Shown here: positions 55,834 through 64,000 of the stretch, piece by piece
Position numbering within the stretch: position 1 is the stretch's first letter
How the letters are laid out: the number at the start of each line of letters is the position of its first letter
Assembly (NCBI GenBank): GCA_963718615.1
Contig: OY970368.1
Location: 2,368,001-2,432,000, forward strand
Length of the DNA: 64,000 nt
Direction of reading: 5' to 3'
Source of the DNA: an uncultured cyanobacterium
GTDB lineage: Bacteria; Cyanobacteriota; Cyanobacteriia; PCC-9006; JAAUQQ01
Program-made: the position numbers and the translations under genes
The notes under the pieces: model-generated
What the model was told of the DNA's origin: nothing
Database searches by the model: none
Seen by the model: the letters and a program-made list of their open reading frames with translations, nothing else

Positions 55834-56939
55834 ACCGAATTCTCAGCCAATGCATCAAAGAACTCAATCAATTTCGGCGCGATCGCCTCACCCTGGCCCT
55901 CGCCTTTCTGCTGCCGCTAGCGGTATTGCTGATCTACGGCTACGCCATTCGCCTCGAAGCCAAAAACATCCCTCTCACTATTCAAGACCTTGACAACAGT
56001 TTCCTCAGCCGCACCTACGTGGAACGGCTGTTCGCAACGCAACAGTTTATCCCCACTTCCTTAGGCAATCAACCTCCCATTGCCCTGCTCGATCGCGGCA
56101 TTGCTAAAGCAGCAGTCATCATTCCCCCGGATTTTTCCCAGCGGCTGAAATCGCGCCAGCCCGTCACAGTCCAAGCCCTGGTCGATGGCACCGATGTCAA
56201 CAATGCCCGGATTATCCAAGCCAGTTTGCGAGCCACGACTCAGTTTTTTCTGCGCAGTAGCGGCTTACTTCCTGACCAGGCCCAGCCCTTGATTAAGGCC
56301 CAAGTTCGCCTTTGGTTTAACCCCGGTCGCGAGGAATCCCTTTACATTGTTCCCGGCATTTTTGGCGTCATTCTCTGGGTGTTTCCTTCAATGCTGGCGG
56401 GTATCGCTATGGTTCGCGAAAAAGAACAGGGAACGATTGTGCAAGTCTATGCCTCTGATTTGAGCGCGATTGAATGGTTGCTGGGTAAGGAATTAGCCTA
56501 TGTTCTAGTGGGATTGGGTGAAACGCTGATTGTTATGGGGGTTGCCATCGTTCTCTTTGGTCTCCGCGTTCACGGTGACCCAACGCCCTTGTTGATTGGA
56601 ACCCCCATTTATTTAGCCGCTAGCGTCGCCTTTGGCCTCTTGGTTGGTGCAAGGGCTGGAAATCAAACGGGGGCGGTGCAGGGGACGGCGATCGCCGGAT
56701 TTCTCACCGCTTTATTACTTTCGGGGTTTATTTACCGTCTGGAAAACATTCCGTTTCCGTTATCTTTACTCTCCAATGTGATTCCGGCTCGGTATTACAT
56801 TGACCTCACCCGAGATGCCTTTGTGCGGGGGACGGGGTGGAGTGGGGTTTGGTTGGATCCGGTGGCGATCGCGCTACTGGGTGTCTTCTTTTTCCGCACT
56901 GCTAGTCGTGTGCTTAAATCGATGCAATTTTCGGATTGA
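55830..56939 (+). CDS. ABC-2 permease (YbhS-like)
   Basis: ATG overlaps the upstream TGA; KELNQFRRD, VDGTD, WFNPG and REKEQGT. Confidence 0.92.
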   Translation: MNRILSQCIKELNQFRRDRLTLALAFLLPLAVLLIYGYAIRLEAKNIPLTIQDLDNSFLSRTYVERLFATQQFIPTSLGNQPPIALLDRGIAKAAVIIPPDFSQRLKSRQPVTVQALVDGTDVNNARIIQASLRATTQFFLRSSGLLPDQAQPLIKAQVRLWFNPGREESLYIVPGIFGVILWVFPSMLAGIAMVREKEQGTIVQVYASDLSAIEWLLGKELAYVLVGLGETLIVMGVAIVLFGLRVHGDPTPLLIGTPIYLAASVAFGLLVGARAGNQTGAVQGTAIAGFLTALLLSGFIYRLENIPFPLSLLSNVIPARYYIDLTRDAFVRGTGWSGVWLDPVAIALLGVFFFRTASRVLKSMQFSD

Positions 56940-56978
56940 TAGTGTTGGAATTGATAGTGTTAAAATTGATGGAGACCT

Positions 56979-58142
56979 ATGGTATTGCTTCGTTCCGTTC
57001 GGACCTGGATTCTTCGGACCTGGATTGTTCGTCACTTGATTGACTCACGGCTCTTGCCGTTAATCCGTAAAGAAGTCCAGCAAATTCTTAAGAATAAACA
57101 GATTATTTTTCTGTTACTCTTTCCACCGACGATTCAGCTCTTGGTTTTTGGCCTAGCGCTGAATCCTGAGGTGACTGGCCTTAGCCTCGGCGTTGTGGAC
57201 TATAGCCACAGTGCCCAAAGCCGAGATTTTGTATCAACCCTCGTGTCGAATGATCTCTTTGAAATTGCTTCCCATCCTTCTCGAACGGTCGAATTAGAAC
57301 AGCAGGTTAGAACCGGCAAAATTTCCACGGGCTTGGTGATCCCCCCCAATTTTGAACCGAAGCTTAAGTCGGGGCAATTCACCGATGTGCAGGTCTTAAT
57401 TGATGGCGTCGATGCCAATACCGCTGGCATTGCGAGTGGCTATATCCGACAACAAATCAACCACTATAGTCAGCAGCTTAACCCGGATCAGATAGTACTT
57501 CCTGCTGAAGTTGCTGTTCGTTTTTTATATAATCCTGGCTTACTGAGTAGCTGGTTCTTTGTGCCGGGGGTGATTGGCGTTGTCTTGACGCTGACGGGTT
57601 CCCTCGTTTCTTCCTCAACGGTCATTCGCGAAAAGGATGTCGGCACCCTCGAACAATTGCTCATGACTCCGGCGGCGGGTTGGGAAATTCTTATGGCCAA
57701 AATTGTGCCGCTGTTTGTCCTGTTGATGGGTGACGTTTTATTAGCTTCAGCCATTGGTAAATTTGTCTTTCATCTGCCGTTTCGGGGCAATTATTTTTTG
57801 TTTTTAAGCCTGTCCGGAATTTACGTATTTGTCTGCATTGGGATTGGCATTTTACTCGCCACGATTTCGCGCAATCAGCAACAGGTGATTTTGACCTCGT
57901 TTTTCTTTAATGTGCCTTTGATTCAGTTGTCTGGGGCGATCGCCCCCATCGAAAGCATGCCCGTCTTTTTCCGTACCCTCTCCTTTTTCGATCCCCTCCG
58001 CCACTACGTGACGATCGCCCGCAGCCTGATTCTTAAAGGGGTGGGTCTTGAATCGCTCTGGCCTGAAGTGGTCACCCTAACGGTCTTTGCCATGCTTTTG
58101 CTTGGCATTAGCATTTATCGATTCCGGGAGCAACTGAATTAA
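56979..58142 (+). CDS. ABC-2 permease (YbhR-like)
   Basis: IDGVDANTA, YNPGLLSSWFFVPG, REKDVGTLEQLLMTP and PIESMP. Confidence 0.92.
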   Translation: MVLLRSVRTWILRTWIVRHLIDSRLLPLIRKEVQQILKNKQIIFLLLFPPTIQLLVFGLALNPEVTGLSLGVVDYSHSAQSRDFVSTLVSNDLFEIASHPSRTVELEQQVRTGKISTGLVIPPNFEPKLKSGQFTDVQVLIDGVDANTAGIASGYIRQQINHYSQQLNPDQIVLPAEVAVRFLYNPGLLSSWFFVPGVIGVVLTLTGSLVSSSTVIREKDVGTLEQLLMTPAAGWEILMAKIVPLFVLLMGDVLLASAIGKFVFHLPFRGNYFLFLSLSGIYVFVCIGIGILLATISRNQQQVILTSFFFNVPLIQLSGAIAPIESMPVFFRTLSFFDPLRHYVTIARSLILKGVGLESLWPEVVTLTVFAMLLLGISIYRFREQLN

Positions 58143-58147
58143 GAATG

Positions 58148-58188
58148 GCCAATGACAATGACCAATGACAATAGCCAATGACAATAGC
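58148..58188. repeat. 13-bp tandem repeat x3 after the ABC operon
   Basis: ccaatgacaat units repeated with 13-bp period. Confidence 0.75.
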
Positions 58189-58231
58189 TTGCACCGTTCA
58201 GCCTTAACCGGGAACGCATCGTCAACTGACA

Positions 58232-58324
58232 GGACAATTGATTGAAGTGGGGCCGACGGCGCAGATTTTTGAGCAGCCCCGCCATGGACTGACGGCAGAC
58301 TATGTCCAGGGATTGCAAGGATAG
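58232..58324 (+). pseudogene. 3' fragment of a PstB-like phosphate ABC ATPase
   Basis: Reads GQLIEVGPTAQIFEQPRHGLTADYVQGLQG*, resembling the PstB C-terminus (G.LIE.G.T..IF..P....T.DYV.G..G); an in-frame stop lies just upstream. Confidence 0.7.
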
Positions 58325-58337
58325 CCCGGATGCTCCT

Positions 58338-58886
58338 TTAGTGGCGTATTCCCAGTTCGGTTTTGCCCTTTGCAATGATGGCTTGAAAGAAGGCTTCTAA
58401 GGGCTCATTGACCGGTAGGCAGTGACTAATCACCGTCTCCGCCCAAATTAAATATTTCTGTCGCCGCTCAAGGCTCCAGCCCGTAGCAGGCGCTTCGTAA
58501 AGGTCCATCACATTTGAGGATTTGTCCGCAATTTTAATTTGCGTCGCCCCCGGCGAAAGGTGAGGCGCATGGTCAATTTGAGCCTGTTTGCGCTTGGCTT
58601 CTGGCAATGAGCCATCATCGGTGACCTCCGCCACCAGCGATCGCACCCGTGCCCCAAAATGGGATTCAATTTCCGCAAAGGTTGTATCGGTATCTTCCAC
58701 GGTATCGTGCAAGACCGCCGCCGCCAAAATCTCCGAATCTTCCACCTGTCCTTCCTCCGCCAAAATCAGCATCACTTGAATCGGGTGATTGATGTAGGGC
58801 GTTTTGCCATCCTTGCGGAGCTGGAAGCGATGTTTTTGGGTGGCAAAGGCGATCGCCTGAAGGACCAAGAGTTGATGAATAGCCAT
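58338..58886 (-). CDS. HD-domain Mesh1-like small alarmone hydrolase
   Basis: FATQKH..RKDGKTPYINHP, AAVLHDTVEDT, EVTDD and IKIADK; no synthetase domain. Confidence 0.88.
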   Translation of the reverse strand: MAIHQLLVLQAIAFATQKHRFQLRKDGKTPYINHPIQVMLILAEEGQVEDSEILAAAVLHDTVEDTDTTFAEIESHFGARVRSLVAEVTDDGSLPEAKRKQAQIDHAPHLSPGATQIKIADKSSNVMDLYEAPATGWSLERRQKYLIWAETVISHCLPVNEPLEAFFQAIIAKGKTELGIRH

Positions 58887-59108
58887 GGTTGGGTGCGATC
58901 GCGAACAACCGACGAAAGAATACAGGATCCATCATAGTCAGTTGGCCGTCCGTTCATCTTGCCTAACGGCCTCAAATCTTAGGACCCAGAGATCAAAAAC
59001 CCTCCGTCTCGAAGGGCAAAGTTTGGTAGGCTGACGGTGTGCTGTGGGGATCAAACGCCAATTTTCTCTCTCAGTGCGTTTATCCTAATCTGGCCTCAGG
59101 ACTGTTCC

Positions 59109-60482
59109 ATGCGGATTCTTTTTGTTGCAGCCGAAGTTTCTCCCCTTGCCAAGGTTGGCGGGATGGGAGATGTGATTGGTTCCTTGCCCCGCGCCTTGCA
59201 AAAACTGGGTCATGATGTTCGGATCTTGATGCCCTACTACGGTTGCTTAGCTGATAAGGTAGAAGTCCCAGAGAATCCCGTTTGGTGGGGTGAGGCGATG
59301 TTTAATCGCTTTGCCGTCTACGAAACCCGCCTGCCGGACTCGGAAATCCCCCTTTATCTATTTGGCCATCCTGCGTTTGACCCGCTGCATATCTATGGGG
59401 GTGACGATGAAGCTTGGCGGTTTACGTTTTTTGCCAATGGGGCCGCAGAATTTGCCTGGAACTACTGGAAACCCGAGATTATTCATTGCCACGACTGGCA
59501 CACAGGCATGATCCCCGTCTGGATGCACCAGTCCCCGGACATTGCGACGGTGTTTACGATCCATAATTTGGCCTATCAAGGGCCTTGGCGCGGGGTGTTG
59601 GAGCGGATTACCTGGTGTCCTTGGTACATGCAGGGCCACAACACCATGGCTGCGGCCCTGCTCTATGCCAATCAGGTGAATACGGTTTCGCCGACCTATG
59701 CCCAACAAATCCAGACGGAGCTCTATGGGGAGGAATTGCAGGGGTTGCTGTCGTTTATTAGTGGCAAACTGCGGGGGATTTTGAATGGGATCGATCGCGA
59801 TCGCTACGATCCCGCCATCGATCCGGCCCTCCCCCAAACCTTTACGCCCAAGAATCTAGATGTTCGAGCGGAGAATAAGGCGGCCCTCCAGAAGGAAGTG
59901 GGTCTGGCGTCGAATCCTAAGGCTTTTCTCCTTGGCTTGGTGTCGCGGTTGGTGGAACAAAAGGGTCTGGATTTAATTATTCAGATTTTGGGGCAGTTTT
60001 TGGCCTATACGGATTCGCAGATTGTGATTTTGGGGACGGGCGATCGCTACTACGAAACCCAGCTCTGGGAAATGGCCACGCGCTACCGGGGTCGGATGTC
60101 GGCTTATATTCTCTACGATGATGCTTTAGCTCGCCGGATCTACGCGGGAACGGATGCCTTTTTAATGCCCTCGCGGTTTGAGCCCTGCGGGATTAGCCAG
60201 ATGATGGCTTTGCGCTATGGTTCGGTACCTGTGGTGCGGCGGACGGGGGGTTTGGTGGATACGGTGGAGCACCATGATCCGGCGACGGAGGCGGGGACGG
60301 GTTATTGTTTCGATCGCTATGAACCCCTCGATCTTTACACTTGTCTCGTGCGGGCCTACGAAGGTTTCCATTATCCTCAGCCCTGGCGGGATCTGCAAAC
60401 GCGGGGTATGGAGATGGATTTTGGTTGGGACAAGTCGGCGTTGGAGTACGAAAAGATGTATCGCGATGCTTTAGGGGGTTAA
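59109..60482 (+). CDS. glgA: Glycogen synthase
   Basis: [42 protein letters not shown] and MPSRFEPCG. Confidence 0.97.
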   Translation: MRILFVAAEVSPLAKVGGMGDVIGSLPRALQKLGHDVRILMPYYGCLADKVEVPENPVWWGEAMFNRFAVYETRLPDSEIPLYLFGHPAFDPLHIYGGDDEAWRFTFFANGAAEFAWNYWKPEIIHCHDWHTGMIPVWMHQSPDIATVFTIHNLAYQGPWRGVLERITWCPWYMQGHNTMAAALLYANQVNTVSPTYAQQIQTELYGEELQGLLSFISGKLRGILNGIDRDRYDPAIDPALPQTFTPKNLDVRAENKAALQKEVGLASNPKAFLLGLVSRLVEQKGLDLIIQILGQFLAYTDSQIVILGTGDRYYETQLWEMATRYRGRMSAYILYDDALARRIYAGTDAFLMPSRFEPCGISQMMALRYGSVPVVRRTGGLVDTVEHHDPATEAGTGYCFDRYEPLDLYTCLVRAYEGFHYPQPWRDLQTRGMEMDFGWDKSALEYEKMYRDALGG

Positions 60483-60502
60483 CCTCGTTGGCAATGCCAA
60501 CC

Positions 60503-61044
60503 TCATTCTGTTTCTTGTGCTTGATTCTCCATTCCTTGCTTCAGCATTTGGATCATTTCGTCTAACCCCTCAATTTTCTGGGGGCAGCGGGCGAGGATTT
60601 CGGCGTCTTCTAGGGCTCCGCTGAGGGCTTCTGGGTGGGGGTGGGTGTTGAGGAGGGTTGGAGGTCGGTGAGGGCGGGTTGGGGGTTGCCGAGGGCGAGG
60701 GTGTAGAGGGCTCGGACGGCTTTGTCGTATGGATCGTTGTCGAGGCAGAGGCAGAGGCCGTGGTGCCAGTGGGTTTGGGCTTGGGGGAGGTTGTTTTGGA
60801 GGGCTTGGGCGAGGCCGAGGTTGAAGATGGAGATATAGCTTTCTGGGTTTAGTTGGGTGGCTTTCTCGAGGGCTGGAATTGCGTTTTCTGGTTTATCGGT
60901 GAGGAGGTAGAGCCAGCCCAAGCCGTTGTGAGGATAGGCAAAGTTAGGGTCAATTGCGATGGCTTTGTTGAAGGCAGCGATCGCCTCTTCGTATTGCTTT
61001 AAGTCTCTGTAGGTAGCTCCCAAGCCATTGTGAGGATAAGCGTT
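60503..61044 (-). pseudogene. TPR protein 3' remnant with an internal frameshift near 60657
   Basis: AYPHNGLG TPR units. A shifted frame continues TLLNTHPHPEALSGALEDAEILARCPQKIEGLDEMIQML to TGA at 60503. The 5' end is replaced by a transposase fragment. Confidence 0.75.
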
Positions 61045-61047
61045 ATA

Positions 61048-61232
61048 GCATTATCAGGACGAAGCACCCCTTCTAAAATCCAACGAAAGGTATCGATAAC
61101 CCAGCAGAGAAAGTCTTTGCCCGAGAATCCACCATCGACCCAAATCCTGGCTAACCATGGAACGCGCTCTCTTTCGTCATCAAGCTTATGGAGCAATTGC
61201 TTGGCCCCTTCTCGCTCTGGAACATTGGCAGT
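61048..61232 (-). mobile_element. IS5-family transposase internal fragment
   Basis: TANVPEREGAKQLL..LARIWVDGGFSG..WVIDTFRWILEGVLRP; no terminal inverted repeats seen. Confidence 0.8.
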
Positions 61233-61520
61233 CTCGCCGGAAGCAGGCTCAATAGCAGCCTTCTATGAAGACGACTTTCGTCAAGCGCTACAACTTTTGT
61301 CCTGTACTTAGAAGCCATGGATATTGTAGGCCTTACTGTTGTGGTTCTATTTGTCACAGGTAAGTTTTTGCAGACACTCTTTAAGACAGAGCCTAAGCCT
61401 AGTCCTGAAGAAGCCTTAGGGAAAGCCTGAGGTCAGTATCTAGAGGCTGGAATCAAGGTTCGGATTGACTCAAAAACAGATTAGACGATGATGAAAATTG
61501 TTAAAGTTAATCTCATATCG

Positions 61521-62726
61521 TCAATCCATGGAAGGCTGTACTGATCCTTCTGGCTGAATGTCTTGACTGAACCAAACATAGACACCATAAATAGCTTGAA
61601 TTCCAATGATAGAAACCAATAAAATCTGTAAGGGAATTGCCCCTAAGCTACTGCCTAGAATACCGCAGCAAATAGCGGCGATCCCACCACTAAGCTTTAG
61701 CAGAGGGCTTAGTTGAGGGTGCGTTGGTTCATGTGTCAAACGCTTTAAGCATTTTTCAAGCAAAGCCATCGATAGGAGGGCAATACTAACCGAGCCCGCC
61801 ATCAACCAACTCACATTGACACTGATGAGATAGTTCTGCTCAGCAATGATGTTTAAGCTTGCTGCTCCTGCTGCTGTAATGGAAATTGCCAAAGGCATAT
61901 GCAAATAGCTCCAGGGAATTGCCCATTGTGCCGAGGGCTTGGGAGGACGGCGTGCAATAAAATCAAAATAAACCCACCAAAGTCCAAATGCTAATGCAAT
62001 TCCTAAAATCCCTGTTATGGCACCGATTAAAGAGAGAGTTTCTCTCTCAGCCATCCCTTGGACAACCCCTACGACAGACTCTCCTAAGACGATGATGATA
62101 AACAAACCATAGCGCTCTGGTAATTTGGAGGAGCTCAGTCTAGGTAATCGAGATTGCTGCTTAAAGGTAGATAGGGGAGTCGCAAGATCAACTAGAAAGC
62201 CAATTCCCCAGAGTATAAATCGATGGGGAGGTGATACAAAGATAGAAAGACAGAATAGTAGGATGCTCAACGAAAAACCAAAGACAAAACGATTTGCTGT
62301 GGGACGAAACTGACGATCATGATACCCAGCTCGCCACCATAGGAAAACCTGTATTATGCGGGAAAGGGCATAGGATAGTCCATAGTGAATAGATGTTTCT
62401 CCTAGGCCGTGATGAGCGAAAATCGCCAGTCCTGCAATCGGAATCATTTGCAGAAAAATAAATAGGCGATGTTCAATCCCTTCGGTTTCGAATCGTTCAA
62501 TATAGTAGGTTGCTCCAATCCAGATCCACCATACTGGAATAAAAAGAAAAATAAACTCTCCTAGTCCTGCCCAGGAAACGTGTTTGGCTAAACTGTGTGA
62601 GAGTTCTGCGATCGCAACGACAAAGTAGAGATCAAAGAACAGTTCAAGCCAGCCTACTTTACGTTCAAGGTCTTGTTCCTCATCGGTGCGTAATTTGGGG
62701 ACTTGCCACCATTCTCGTCGGCTCAT
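61521..62726 (-). CDS. ltrA: Low temperature requirement protein A family membrane protein
   Basis: RKVGWLELFFDLYFVVAI, PERYGLFIIIVLGES, LWWVYF and YLHMPL. Confidence 0.92.
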   Translation of the reverse strand: MSRREWWQVPKLRTDEEQDLERKVGWLELFFDLYFVVAIAELSHSLAKHVSWAGLGEFIFLFIPVWWIWIGATYYIERFETEGIEHRLFIFLQMIPIAGLAIFAHHGLGETSIHYGLSYALSRIIQVFLWWRAGYHDRQFRPTANRFVFGFSLSILLFCLSIFVSPPHRFILWGIGFLVDLATPLSTFKQQSRLPRLSSSKLPERYGLFIIIVLGESVVGVVQGMAERETLSLIGAITGILGIALAFGLWWVYFDFIARRPPKPSAQWAIPWSYLHMPLAISITAAGAASLNIIAEQNYLISVNVSWLMAGSVSIALLSMALLEKCLKRLTHEPTHPQLSPLLKLSGGIAAICCGILGSSLGAIPLQILLVSIIGIQAIYGVYVWFSQDIQPEGSVQPSMD

Positions 62727-62844
62727 TTTTTTATGGATTGGGATGTCTTTTACATTATTCTGCCCAGAAACATTCTCTTAGTTTCAATCTTCTGAAGAAT
62801 AAAGAGTCTTGGGTCAGGCTTCAATTAGCTAGTTCAGTCTTTCA

Positions 62845-64000
62845 CTACTTCTGCCGCTCCTTGCTGCGATTACGCAGAGAGTTTGCCTTTGAGGTTAAAT
62901 CCTGAAAAAAATCAGACTCGACAATCTCTTTGACTTGCTTTTGACGCTTCACTTCATCAATTTCAATTTTGAGAGCCTTGACTTGCCTTTTAAGTTGCTG
63001 CTCACGGACTTGAATTTGCTTCGCCATATTTTGAAAAACGCGGGCAAGTTGACCGAGCTCATCCTGGCGATTGACGAGTCTAGAAAGACCTTCTAATTCA
63101 AAGACTTGTAATTCAATTGCTTCTGCTGCCCGAGCAATGGCAAGAATCGGTTGGGCAATGACTCGATCAGATAAGGAAACGGCAAGTCCTGCTGTAGTAA
63201 TTAGAAAAATACTGATTGTAATAACTAGAATATTGCGATCGCGCTGAATTTGACCCATGTAGCTACTGGCCGGTGTAACAGTTCCCACCATCCAATCTAA
63301 ATAACCTAATGATGCCAGCGAAACGTAGTACACATCTCCTGACTCTAGATCAGAGTAACACAGTACTTTTTCTTGAAAATTGTCATCAATGGGAATGTCT
63401 TTAAAGGCTTGATTCGCATGATACAGCAACAAGTTTTGGGTCTCGCTTAACTTGGTTAATTCTGTGTGTATAGAAGTGCGCCTGCTAGAAGAGACGTCAT
63501 GCAGTGCTGTCGATGCTAATAACTCTCTTTCATGATTAAGAATAAAAATCTCTCCATCTCGTTTTCCTTTAAGTTCTTTGATAAGAAACTGCGACAGTTG
63601 ACTCAGCTCAATTCCAACACCTGCGACTCCAATTGTCTCTTCATTTTTCTCTAGAGATATGGTTGCATCAATACCAGGCATACCCGTTGAGCGATAGACA
63701 TACACACTCCAAGCTTGCTGGCCTGGTTTTGATATAGCCGCTTTATACCATGGTCGATCGGGTGAGTAGTAAAAGGGCTGACTCATTAAGCCAGAATATT
63801 CAACAAACCGAGAATTACTTGATAAATCTGTATAGGTCTTAGTCTGCTCATACGTATTTTTTTCGATGTCACTCCAATCTCGAAAGTGACTTCTGAGTTG
63901 ACCATTTGTAAGTCTTTGTGCTCCTAAAAAGTCTCCATTTTTAAATCCAAATTGAACCCAAGTAAAATCGGGATTTGCTTTTAAAAGACTTAAGAAAAAA
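62845..64000 (-). CDS. Cache - TM - HAMP sensor protein with a short conserved tail (5' end outside the window)
   Basis: The frame is open to the window edge. DRPWYKAA (Cache), TM, HAMP (PILAIARAA..RQDELGQLARVFQNMA) and tail LKIEIDEVKRQKQVKEIVESDFFQDL. Confidence 0.85.
   Translation of the reverse strand, partial: FFLSLLKANPDFTWVQFGFKNGDFLGAQRLTNGQLRSHFRDWSDIEKNTYEQTKTYTDLSSNSRFVEYSGLMSQPFYYSPDRPWYKAAISKPGQQAWSVYVYRSTGMPGIDATISLEKNEETIGVAGVGIELSQLSQFLIKELKGKRDGEIFILNHERELLASTALHDVSSSRRTSIHTELTKLSETQNLLLYHANQAFKDIPIDDNFQEKVLCYSDLESGDVYYVSLASLGYLDWMVGTVTPASSYMGQIQRDRNILVITISIFLITTAGLAVSLSDRVIAQPILAIARAAEAIELQVFELEGLSRLVNRQDELGQLARVFQNMAKQIQVREQQLKRQVKALKIEIDEVKRQKQVKEIVESDFFQDLTSKANSLRNRSKERQK

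Larger units (their letters stand above)
893..63242. repeat. Dispersed HIP1 octamer GCGATCGC
   Basis: Occurs throughout coding and non-coding DNA (e.g. 893, 3039), which is typical of cyanobacteria. Not counted. Confidence 0.95.

Noticed and set aside
1-64000. tRNA, rRNA or intact transposase/integrase genes
   Set aside because: None recognised by eye. tRNAscan-SE or Infernal would be needed to exclude small RNAs.

Overview
Cyanobacterial chromosomal segment. The HIP1 octamer GCGATCGC is very frequent, and genes include tftA, devBC, glgA and cbiA/cobB. From left to right: a 5'-damaged phoX, SPFH, TIGR03943 and TPR genes; a SulP transporter with a terminator-containing leader; a stand-alone NRPS module (Lys-like A-domain code, Cys in place of the TE nucleophile Ser); tftA, SRPBCC, phnE-like and GT-C genes; an ATP-grasp-like protein; and a flavin-binding protein facing a deleted MocR regulator. 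Next is a ~20 kb block (20.2-40.1 kb) with two copies of a filamentous-haemagglutinin / CHAT protease / DUF928 / CHASE2-receptor module, one ending in GGDEF-EAL. It is followed by a calpain-like gene split at a G9 tract, cbiA, a trypsin-like protease with GDF repeats, devBC, a TetR-YbhGFSR-like efflux cassette flanked by ABC-ATPase scars, a Mesh1-like HD hydrolase and glgA. The window ends with an IS5-scarred, AT-richer region. Short tandem duplications and GTAG-type REP palindromes are scattered throughout, some inside genes. I recognised no rRNA, tRNA or CRISPR array. Several single-base losses in homopolymer runs may be assembly errors. All family calls come from motif recognition by eye, not database searches.
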